From positions 1,050,001 through 1,082,000 of the forward strand of contig JBDHVY010000001.1 in the NCBI GenBank assembly GCA_039809905.1: 32,000 nt of DNA, written 5' to 3'. This stretch comes from Candidatus Babelota bacterium (GTDB taxonomy: Bacteria; Babelota; Babeliae; Babelales; Vermiphilaceae). Below are positions 1 through 6,847 of this stretch, in pieces (positions within the stretch are counted from its first letter, which is position 1; each line of letters begins with the position of its first letter). Below the pieces are notes generated by a model, which did no database searches, was not told the DNA's origin, and worked only from the letters and a program-made list of their open reading frames with translations. The translations under genes and the position numbers were made by a program.

Positions 1-450
1 TTTTATTTAAATCGTAAAGCTGATGCACAACTTGAATTTGATGTAGGGCTTGCTTTAAAGAAAACAGAAGAAAATCCTGTTTATTATGTCCAGTATGCGT
101 ATGTTCGTACGGGAAGTATTTTAGAAAAAGCTTTACAGGCGGAGCAATTGCAAAATATTTCGGCACATGATGCGCAGCATATAGGCCCTGAAGAGGCTTT
201 TTTGATCAAAAAAGTTGTTTTCCTTGAGCAACTATTACATGATATTTCAGTTAATCATCAAACACATCTGCTTACCTATTATGTTGTTGAGCTTGCACAG
301 CTTTTTCACCGATATTATAGTCATGTGCGTGTAATTGATGCCCAAAATTGGGAAAAAAGTCGTGGGCGTTTACTGATGATAGGTATTTTGCGTAATACAA
401 TTGCGCTTGTTTTAGACCTTCTTGGAGTAGGTCATCCCGAAAAAATGTAA
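1..450 (+). CDS. argS: arginyl-tRNA synthetase, C-terminal fragment (5' end lies outside the window)
   Basis: Frame 1 is open from base 1. The translation ...KKTEENPVYYVQYAYVRTGSILEKA... carries the ArgRS anticodon-binding domain signature NPVYYVQYAxxR and a typical ...EKM C-terminus. Confidence 0.85.
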   Translation, partial: FYLNRKADAQLEFDVGLALKKTEENPVYYVQYAYVRTGSILEKALQAEQLQNISAHDAQHIGPEEAFLIKKVVFLEQLLHDISVNHQTHLLTYYVVELAQLFHRYYSHVRVIDAQNWEKSRGRLLMIGILRNTIALVLDLLGVGHPEKM

Positions 451-481
451 AGAAAAGCTGTATTTTTGTGTCATTAAGTTC

Positions 482-514
482 TTTACCGGGGGCCCTATTC
501 GTAATATAATGGAA
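482..514 (+). promoter_or_regulatory. GC-cored palindromic motif, copy A (candidate promoter/operator upstream of tsf)
   Basis: TTTACC(482-487)-GGGGGCCCTATTCGTAA-TATAAT(505-510)-GGAA. This is a 17-nt spacer that begins with the palindrome GGGGGCCC (488-495). It aligns with copies D, E and F. Confidence 0.5.
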
Positions 515-582
515 TTACAAGGCTACATTATTCGTAGTGCAATTAAAAATAACAATATTTTTTACTTCTAACAGGAAAGCAT

Positions 583-1179
583 ATGTCAAAAATAAGCAAA
601 GAATTATTGCAAGAATTAAGAGATCATACGGGTCTTGGTCTGATGGATTGTCGCAAAGCATTAGAAGAATCTGGTGGTGATTTTGACCAAGCATTAGAAT
701 CATTGCGCAAAAAAGGTGCAGCGGTTGCAGCAAAGCGTGCAGATAAAGAAACTGGTGAAGGGCTTATCAAGGCTTACATTCATCCGGGAGACCGTTTGGG
801 TGTCTTGCTTGAGATTAACTGCGAAACAGATTTTGTTGCTAATACTGAAGCAGTACGACAATTTGCACAAGATTTATGCTTGCAAATTGCTGCAAATAAA
901 GCAATGTATGTTTCTCCTGAACAAGTTGATCCTGCATTTTTAGCGCATGAGCGAGACATTTTTAAAGAACAAATGGCCAACTCAGGAAAACCTGAAAAAA
1001 TTATTGAACAAGTTGTTGAAGGTAAAGTAAAGAAACTTTATAGTGATATTTGTTTGCTTGAACAACAATTTATCAAAAATGATCAACTGACGGTAAAAGA
1101 AGTTTTACAGCAATTGATTGCCAAAACAGGTGAAAGCATCCGTATCAGAAGATTTTGCCGATTTGAACTTGGTAAGTAA
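583..1179 (+). CDS. tsf: translation elongation factor Ts (short form, 198 aa)
   Basis: N-terminal EF-Ts signature LLQELRDHTGLGLMDCRKALEESGGDFDQALESLRKKG and the core motif EINCETDFVANT. AGGAAA SD lies upstream of the ATG. Confidence 0.95.
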   Translation: MSKISKELLQELRDHTGLGLMDCRKALEESGGDFDQALESLRKKGAAVAAKRADKETGEGLIKAYIHPGDRLGVLLEINCETDFVANTEAVRQFAQDLCLQIAANKAMYVSPEQVDPAFLAHERDIFKEQMANSGKPEKIIEQVVEGKVKKLYSDICLLEQQFIKNDQLTVKEVLQQLIAKTGESIRIRRFCRFELGK

Positions 1180-1202
1180 ACAGTATTTCAGGAAGGACAG
1201 AT

Positions 1203-1790
1203 ATGGCAGAAATTATTTTAATAGAAAATGATATAAAAAGTTTCCAGAAGCCAATGGAAGCTGAGATGGAAAGCCCATTAAAGCATTTTGAGCGAGAATT
1301 GTTAAAAATACGTACTGGTAGAGCTCACACATCAATGATAGAAGATATACCGGTTAGTTGCTATGGACAAGATGCTGTTCCTTTAAAAGGACTGGGTGTT
1401 GTTGCAGCACCAGATCCACGTTTGCTGACTGTCCAGCCATGGGATACATCTGTTATTTTTGATGTTGAAAAAGCCATAGTTGCATCAGGCTTTGGTGTTT
1501 CTCCGGTTAATGATGGAAAAATTATTAGACTTCGTTTGCCAGAAATGAGTTCTGATCGACGTGAAGAATTGATTAAGCAACTGCACAAGAAATTGGAAGA
1601 ATGTAGAGTCGCGATTAGAAATGTTCGCAAAGACTTCAAAAATCTTATTACTGATGCAAAGAAAGATAAGAAAGTTTCTGAAAATTTTCACAATAGATTA
1701 GCAGATGTTTTACAAGAAATTACCGATGCTTACATTGCCAAAGTTGAAGCAATGGCTAAGAAAAAAGAAGTAGAACTTGCTACTGTTTAA
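1203..1790 (+). CDS. frr: ribosome recycling factor
   Basis: 195 aa. RRF signature LKIRTGRAHTSMIEDIPVSCYGQDAVPLKGLGVVAAPDPRLLTVQPWD. GGAAGGA SD upstream. Confidence 0.95.
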   Translation: MAEIILIENDIKSFQKPMEAEMESPLKHFERELLKIRTGRAHTSMIEDIPVSCYGQDAVPLKGLGVVAAPDPRLLTVQPWDTSVIFDVEKAIVASGFGVSPVNDGKIIRLRLPEMSSDRREELIKQLHKKLEECRVAIRNVRKDFKNLITDAKKDKKVSENFHNRLADVLQEITDAYIAKVEAMAKKKEVELATV

Positions 1791-1813
1791 AAAATATTAA
1801 ATTTAATGTAATT

Positions 1814-1856
1814 AAAAGCTAGAAAGATAAAAATTTTATCTTTCTAGCTTTTTTCA
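1814..1856 (+). terminator. rho-independent terminator after frr
   Basis: Perfect 16-bp arms AGCTAGAAAGATAAAA (1817-1832) and TTTTATCTTTCTAGCT (1834-1849), running into a T tract. Confidence 0.8.
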
Positions 1857-1908
1857 TTTTCCTTTAAATAATATTGATTTGGATTGAGCAATACTTAAAG
1901 GAAAACAA

Positions 1909-3342
1909 ATGCATATAATTATTATAGTGTTTTTATTCGGGGGTATTTTTATTGCACCCATTATTTATGGTAAAGGAGGAAAAAGCCCACAAGCAAAGCC
2001 TATTCCGGTTGGAGTACAAAAGCCGATAATGGGACAGCCTTTACCTTCCTCGCAACTTCCTTTTCGGTATACTCTGCCGATTAACATATCAAAAGAAAAA
2101 ATAATCAGTCAGCTTAATGAACTATTGCAGCAATCAGAAGTTGATGATACATGGTATGCCTCTGTAGATGACTTGATTTTTGATTTAGCACTTTTGGATA
2201 GAAATCTATCCCGTGAATATCTCAAAAAAATTCATAATAAAATAGTTCAAATTGCTGTAGCAGCAATGCCTGTGCCTTCTGTGGAAAAAGAGGTACCAGT
2301 ACCTCCTGTTGTGAGTGAGCCAGTGAAAAAAGAAAGTCCTCAGATGGCACCAGAAGGAATGAAAAAAGGTACACCTCCAGCACCGCCAGTGCCAATGAAG
2401 AAAGGTGGTACTCCACCACCTGCCCCGGGACCAATGCAAAAAGGGATACCGCCAGCACCACCAGCGCCAGGTCAAATGAAAAAAGGTGGAACACCACCAC
2501 CACCCCCTGGACCGATGGCCCAAGGAAAGAAAAAATCTACTCCTTCTGCTACAGGGCCGGCGGCACCGGCCGCACCGAAAGGGCCTGAGCTGCTATCGAT
2601 AGATCAAACATATGGTCTTAGACAACTGGAAAAGCGAACAACGGAAGAATTAAAAGAGCTATTTGATAAATTAATAGAAGCCTTGGCAAGTAAAGATGCT
2701 TTCTGGAATGCAGAAAAGAAAAAACCTCAAGCTATTTGGGAAAATAGAATAGATACTCTCAAAAAAGTTTTATTAGCAAGAGATCCAAAAGGTGGTTTTG
2801 CTGAACAAATAGCCAAACGCATTATTCAAGTAAGAAATGAAAAGGACCAAAAAGGATTTGAAAAACAAGCAGCTGCTGAGCAAGAAAAGAAAAAAGAAGA
2901 ACCCAAAGAAGAATATACAGAAGAACAATTGCTTAAAGAAATAGAGCTTTTGAAAAACAATGCAAAGCCTGGTGATATTTCATGGTCAATTAATTTTCGA
3001 GGGGCTGTAATAAAGTTAGATACTTTTAATCATGAAAAAGCTCTTGAATATGAGGCCTACTTCATCAAAATGAATCCAGGACAAAAGCTATTTTTACCAA
3101 AAAAGAAAGAAGCTCTAGTTAAAAAAGAATTAACAGAGCAAGAGCAACTTGTTGCAAAGATCGATAAGATTATCGCTGACAAAGAAAATAATCTGCTCTG
3201 GAATATCAAGGTAAGAGAACCAATTCAAGAATTATATAACATGAATCAAGAATTAGGTCTTAAATACCAACAAAAAGTTATCGATATTGCTAAAAAAGAT
3301 ACAGGAAAAATTGATAAGCCCTTTTTACAACTGAAGAAATGA
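1909..3342 (+). CDS. membrane-anchored/secreted proline-rich repeat protein (FH1-like polyproline tract), function unknown
   Basis: 477-aa ORF with AAGGAAA SD and a hydrophobic N-terminus MHIIIIVFLFGGIFIAPIIY. Central repeats are M(K/Q)KG(G)(T/I)PPPAPxP, and the C-terminal half is Lys/Glu-rich. Confidence 0.7.
   Translation: MHIIIIVFLFGGIFIAPIIYGKGGKSPQAKPIPVGVQKPIMGQPLPSSQLPFRYTLPINISKEKIISQLNELLQQSEVDDTWYASVDDLIFDLALLDRNLSREYLKKIHNKIVQIAVAAMPVPSVEKEVPVPPVVSEPVKKESPQMAPEGMKKGTPPAPPVPMKKGGTPPPAPGPMQKGIPPAPPAPGQMKKGGTPPPPPGPMAQGKKKSTPSATGPAAPAAPKGPELLSIDQTYGLRQLEKRTTEELKELFDKLIEALASKDAFWNAEKKKPQAIWENRIDTLKKVLLARDPKGGFAEQIAKRIIQVRNEKDQKGFEKQAAAEQEKKKEEPKEEYTEEQLLKEIELLKNNAKPGDISWSINFRGAVIKLDTFNHEKALEYEAYFIKMNPGQKLFLPKKKEALVKKELTEQEQLVAKIDKIIADKENNLLWNIKVREPIQELYNMNQELGLKYQQKVIDIAKKDTGKIDKPFLQLKK
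2359..2520 (+). repeat. in-frame tandem coding repeat (4 units of about 13 codons) encoding polyproline blocks
   Basis: Units are MKKGTPPAPPVP / MKKGGTPPPAPGP / MQKGIPPAPPAPGQ / MKKGGTPPPPPGP. This is a local GC-rich island made of CCN codons. Confidence 0.85.
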
Positions 3343-3410
3343 TAATTTCTTTTATCTAGAGCTTTATTTTCTTCAATTTTCTGGTAAAGTAATAGGTAAG
3401 TTTTTGACAT

Positions 3411-3486
3411 GGGTTGCTAGCTCAATTGGTAGAGCAACAGACTCTTAATCTGTGGGTTCTTGGTTCGAGTCCAAGGCATCCCACCA
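3411..3486 (+). tRNA. tRNA-Lys (anticodon CUU), CCA encoded
   Basis: Cloverleaf read by eye. Acceptor GGGTTGC/GCATCCC has one T-T mismatch. D arm is GCTC-AATTGGTA-GAGC. Anticodon arm is ACAGA-CTCTTAA-TCTGT. T arm is CTTGG-TTCGAGT-CCAAG. The 3' end is A-CCA. Confidence 0.9.
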
Positions 3487-3599
3487 TACTTTGCGTAAAG
3501 CTTCGTATGGCAGGCCTGTTCTTTGTAGCTTGTAGAGCGTATAGAGACAATTTGAGTGTAGTTAGCAAAAACTGAAATTAATATGCCTTTGAAATTTGT

Positions 3600-3684
3600 G
3601 CAAGAGTGGCGGAATTGGCAGACGCGCTGGACTTAGGATCCAGTGCCGAAAGGCGTGTGGGTTCAAGTCCCTCCTCTTGCACCA
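3600..3684 (+). tRNA. tRNA-Leu (anticodon UAG), class II with long variable arm, CCA encoded
   Basis: Acceptor GCAAGAG/CTCTTGC is perfect. Anticodon arm is CTGGA-CTTAGGA-TCCAG. Variable arm is GCC-GAAA-GGC. T loop is TTCAAGT, with one T-T mismatch in the T stem. Confidence 0.85.
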
Positions 3685-3689
3685 GACTT

Positions 3690-3723
3690 TTACCCCAACT
3701 CCATATATTTCGTTGGGGACCCG
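3690..3723 (-). promoter_or_regulatory. GC-cored palindromic motif, copy B (best match on the minus strand)
   Basis: Minus-strand reading is GGGTCCCCAAC-GAAATATATGGA-GTTGGGG. The 7-bp arms are CCCCAAC/GTTGGGG (3693-3699 / 3712-3718). The core GGGGACCC is at 3715-3722. Confidence 0.5.
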
Positions 3724-3850
3724 AACAAAAAAATAACAGCTTTGTTTTCTTTCTTTATCTTCAATTATTTCAACAAAACTTTCTTCCCTTGCAAAATTAT
3801 TCTAACTATAGCAGTCTTCATAAAAAGGATTTTTTTATGAAAGGCCTCGT

Positions 3851-5167
3851 ATGAAGCAAAAAGTTATGTTAGATACTGATGCTCTTTTTAGCGTTGAACA
3901 CAATTATGAACAACCAACATTATGTCGCGCTACGATAACAGTTTCTCGGTCACTCGTAAAAACATTCTTTGAAGAAACAGCAGTTGCTTTAAAAGGTAAT
4001 ATCCAAGCTTATGGATTCCAACAAGGCGAAGTTCCGATTGAATATATATCAAAACAATATAAAACTAACATTACTGAACATTTAAAAGAGTTTTTTTTTA
4101 AGTTCGGAATTGTTAATTTTTTATTTCAAGAAATTAGAGCACAAAAATTACTGGTTGCAGGAGACCCTCGTCTGATTGATATTTTTTTGGAAAATGATAG
4201 TGATGCTCGATTTATTTTTGAATTAAGTATTTTCCCGATGATTGCTCTTAACGAATGGAAGTATTTTCCTTTTAAATCACCTAATCGAAAAAATTACAAA
4301 GATCTTGATCGTCAAGTTGAAGCATTTATTCAAGAAGAGCAAAAAAATTTAGAAAAACATACGGATAATACTATTGCTATTGGCGATTGGGTACATTTTG
4401 ATGTTTCGGTAGTCAATAAAGAACATATTGCTTTAGATGAACGTTGTGTGCAGAAATTTTGGTTAAAATTGGGCAATGAAGAAGTAGAAAGCAATTTGCG
4501 CGCTTTATTTGTTGGCAGAAAAAAGGGCGATCAGTTTATTGTTAACAATAGAGGATTACAAGATTATTTTAGCGACCAATTGCGTGCTTCTTATAATTTT
4601 AAAGTTAATATAACTGATGTTGTGCCTCATGCTTATTTTTGTTTTGACCAATTTAAAGACCATTTTAGAATAAAAACAAATAAAGATATGCACAAAAAAT
4701 TAATTGAGGTCTTTTCGTATCGTAATGATGTTTCGCAACGTCTTGCCATGGTAGAAGAGGCATTTAAATTGCTTCTTTCGCGGCATCGGTTTTTTGCACC
4801 CAGTTATCTTGTATTGCGCCAGCAAAAAATAATTTTAAGTGCAATTCAAAGTAATCCAGATTATAATGTATACCGAAAACAAAAAAATTTTAATTTTTGG
4901 ATTCAGCAATTGGCTGAAAAACAAGTAAAAGAAACATTGCTTATAGATCAGCTGATTTATCGTGAAAATATAGTGGTTACTAATGAAGATATAGTTAATT
5001 ATTTAAATTTGGATAAACGACCGCGTATGAGAGAGTTTATCTATTTTAATTTGCCAGATTTTAAACAATATGGGCAAGAAGTACCGTTATCAATGCATGA
5101 ATTGAGTAGGATTTGTGCTCGGGAAAAAGCAATTAATTATGTTATTCATTATTTAACAAAAAAGTAA
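3851..5167 (+). CDS. tig: trigger factor (divergent)
   Basis: 438 aa, a typical trigger factor length. The N-terminal ribosome-binding signature GFRxGxxP appears here as AYGFQQGEVPIEYISKQY. The rest is too divergent to confirm by eye. Confidence 0.6.
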   Translation: MKQKVMLDTDALFSVEHNYEQPTLCRATITVSRSLVKTFFEETAVALKGNIQAYGFQQGEVPIEYISKQYKTNITEHLKEFFFKFGIVNFLFQEIRAQKLLVAGDPRLIDIFLENDSDARFIFELSIFPMIALNEWKYFPFKSPNRKNYKDLDRQVEAFIQEEQKNLEKHTDNTIAIGDWVHFDVSVVNKEHIALDERCVQKFWLKLGNEEVESNLRALFVGRKKGDQFIVNNRGLQDYFSDQLRASYNFKVNITDVVPHAYFCFDQFKDHFRIKTNKDMHKKLIEVFSYRNDVSQRLAMVEEAFKLLLSRHRFFAPSYLVLRQQKIILSAIQSNPDYNVYRKQKNFNFWIQQLAEKQVKETLLIDQLIYRENIVVTNEDIVNYLNLDKRPRMREFIYFNLPDFKQYGQEVPLSMHELSRICAREKAINYVIHYLTKK

Positions 5168-5182
5168 AAAGTCTTTTATTAA

Positions 5183-5218
5183 GGGGTTCCCCATGTAAAG
5201 GATAACCGTAACATGGGA
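5183..5218 (+). promoter_or_regulatory. GC-cored palindromic motif, copy C (trxB leader hairpin)
   Basis: GGGGTTCCCC (5183-5192). Arms CCCATGT (5190-5196) and ACATGGG (5211-5217) flank a 14-nt loop. The 3' arm GGGA is the only SD-like element, 8 nt before the trxB ATG. Confidence 0.5.
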
Positions 5219-5226
5219 TATACATC

Positions 5227-6162
5227 ATGGAAAACAAAATTCATAAACTTATTATAATTGGTTCAGGACCAGCAGGTTTAACTGCAGCTATCTATGCAGC
5301 TCGTGCTAATCTTGAGCCAATTATTATTGACGGTAATGAGCCAGGTGGACAGTTGATGAAAACATCATATGTTGAAAATTGGCCAGGTGAAAAGAGTATT
5401 CTTGGGCCAAAACTTATGATGAACATGCGTGATCACGCAAAACATTTTGGTACACAATTTGTTTCTGGCAAGGTTACCAAAGTCGACTTTTCTAATTCTT
5501 ATGCAAAAAAAATTATTGTTGATGATAAACTTGAGCTGCAAGCACATGCAGTGATCATAGCAACTGGAGCAACACCAAAGCGATTGAATGTTCCTGGTGA
5601 AGATATTTACTGGGGTAAAGGTGTTATAACCTGTGCAGTATGTGATGGTGCGTTTTATCCAAATAAAAAAGTGATTGTTGTTGGTGGTGGTGATACTGCC
5701 ATGGAAGATGCATCATTTTTGAAAAAATTTACGCGCGATATAACGATAGTTCATATTCTTGATCAGTTTACTGCTTCACATGCAATGCAACAACGAGTTA
5801 TTAATGATCCTGATATTAAGATTTATTATAGTAGTACCGTTACAGCATTTCATGGCAATGATGCCCATGTTACCTCAGTTACCATTACCAATCAAGTAAC
5901 AGGTGAGAAAAAGCAACTTGATGCAGATGGGGTATTTATAGCGGTTGGATTAAATCCAAACTCTGATCCGTTTAAAGATCATCTTGCCTGCAATAAGGGT
6001 GGTTGGTTGGAAACAACGATCGGGGAAGTTGGTACGGCGATCCCGGGAGTATTTGTTTCCGGTGACGTGCATGACTATCGATATCGTCAAGCAATCACTT
6101 CTGCCGGAGCAGGCTGTATGGCAGCTCTTGATGCAGAACGATATTTATCAGAACATTTTTAA
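5227..6162 (+). CDS. trxB: thioredoxin-disulfide reductase
   Basis: 311 aa. FAD motif IIGSGPAGLTAAIYAARA, redox-active CAVCDG, NADPH motif VVGGGDTAMEDA, and a C-terminal GDV..YRQA motif. Confidence 0.93.
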   Translation: MENKIHKLIIIGSGPAGLTAAIYAARANLEPIIIDGNEPGGQLMKTSYVENWPGEKSILGPKLMMNMRDHAKHFGTQFVSGKVTKVDFSNSYAKKIIVDDKLELQAHAVIIATGATPKRLNVPGEDIYWGKGVITCAVCDGAFYPNKKVIVVGGGDTAMEDASFLKKFTRDITIVHILDQFTASHAMQQRVINDPDIKIYYSSTVTAFHGNDAHVTSVTITNQVTGEKKQLDADGVFIAVGLNPNSDPFKDHLACNKGGWLETTIGEVGTAIPGVFVSGDVHDYRYRQAITSAGAGCMAALDAERYLSEHF

Positions 6163-6195
6163 ATGAGCATTTTGTTTTAGAAAGGGATAAAGACG

Positions 6196-6492
6196 ATGAT
6201 TTCAAAGTATTTTGTGTTGGTTTGTGCATTGGTTCAGGGATTAGTGGTAACTGCTTCAGAAGGTTCTAATCTACGCAGCTCTGGTAATAAATTGAATAAA
6301 TCTAATGATGGGATAGAGCAAAGAGCAAGTTCTAAAGAAATGCGTAAAATAGCAGCAAAAGTTGCGACGTATCCTTTATGTTATGGTTTTCCTGGAGGTT
6401 CAGGAGCTAGCTATTATCATCAAAATAGTAATCCCCTAGATGATATGAAGCCATATCTGCCATATCACCTTGATTTTCCATCAGGACAATAA
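6196..6492 (+). CDS. small secreted hypothetical protein
   Basis: 98-aa ORF with AAGGGA SD and a signal-like N-terminus MISKYFVLVCALVQGLVVTASEG. No recognisable domain. Confidence 0.5.
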   Translation: MISKYFVLVCALVQGLVVTASEGSNLRSSGNKLNKSNDGIEQRASSKEMRKIAAKVATYPLCYGFPGGSGASYYHQNSNPLDDMKPYLPYHLDFPSGQ

Positions 6493-6608
6493 TATTTCAA
6501 ATAGAAACCATTGCCCAGGTAAGTATCTAAGGTGAATAGAGAAGAATTTGAAATTATCTCTTTTTTGTTTTAAAATATGAAATATATGAAATTACTACGG
6601 AGAAGCTT

Positions 6609-6755
6609 ATGTCATTGACCGTTTCCAAAAAAAGTAACATTAAACGTCGTAGAAAACATGGTTTTCTTAAAAGAATGAGCACAAAAGACGGTAGAAAAAT
6701 TATCAATCGTCGTCGCTCATCTGGTCGCAAACGTTTAGCGCCAAGCAAATACTAA
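6609..6755 (+). CDS. rpmH: 50S ribosomal protein L34
   Basis: Not in the supplied ORF track (48 codons). Manual translation is [48 protein letters not shown]. This matches the L34 pattern (HGFxxRM..xxGRxxxxRRRxxGRKxL). GGAG SD upstream, and rnpA follows as in the conserved rpmH-rnpA arrangement. Confidence 0.9.
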   Translation: MSLTVSKKSNIKRRRKHGFLKRMSTKDGRKIINRRRSSGRKRLAPSKY

Positions 6756-6814
6756 AAATATTGATTGAGCTGAATTTGTATGGGGTCTTCATATATCCGG
6801 ATATTCCGGTTTTT

Positions 6815-6847
6815 GGGGTCCCCATACGCAATAAAATGGAGTATGGG
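6815..6847 (+). promoter_or_regulatory. GC-cored palindromic motif, copy D (rnpA leader)
   Basis: GGGGTCCCC (6815-6823). Arms CCCATAC (6821-6827) and GTATGGG (6841-6847) flank the loop GCAATAAAATGGA, which contains TAAAAT (6832-6837). Confidence 0.55.

Noticed and set aside
515-980. Overlapping ORFs at 515-733 (-), 716-943 (+) and 780-980 (-) within tsf
   Set aside because: They are alternative-frame or antisense ORFs inside the clearly identified EF-Ts gene.
2206-2523. Two minus-strand ORFs (105 and 93 aa) rich in Trp/Arg/His or Leu/Val, opposite the polyproline repeat
   Set aside because: They are reverse-frame artefacts of the CCN/GGN-rich repeat. They lie fully inside a much longer, SD-preceded plus-strand ORF and have low-complexity, implausible composition.
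3487-3599. Possible degraded tRNA between tRNA-Lys and tRNA-Leu (D-arm-like string GTAGCTTGTAGAGCG)
   Set aside because: No acceptor, anticodon or T arms can be paired, so there is no cloverleaf.
3606-3854. Plus-strand ORFs of 82 and 65 aa starting inside tRNA-Leu
   Set aside because: They overlap a well-formed tRNA gene and continue through T-rich intergenic DNA. They have no SD and no recognisable protein features.
6554-6748. 64-aa minus-strand ORF from the track
   Set aside because: It is a shadow ORF opposite rpmH. The plus strand encodes an unmistakable L34 sequence with an SD and conserved synteny to rnpA.
6813-6832. Reading the GGGG...GC part of the motif as a sigma54 -24/-12 promoter (GG-N10-GC), tempting given the EBP-like gene
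   Set aside because: Only copy D has a GC at the right distance. Copies A, E and F do not, and TGGCAC/TTGCW identity is poor. The EBP-like protein also lacks GAFTGA and ATPase motifs.
6761-6847. Long N-terminal extensions from TTG starts in the ORF track (6761 rnpA, 14415, 22737, 31723) and from the start at 9424
   Set aside because: The extensions have no SD and read through intergenic structure or the upstream gene. Downstream ATGs have better SDs or yield sensible signal peptides.
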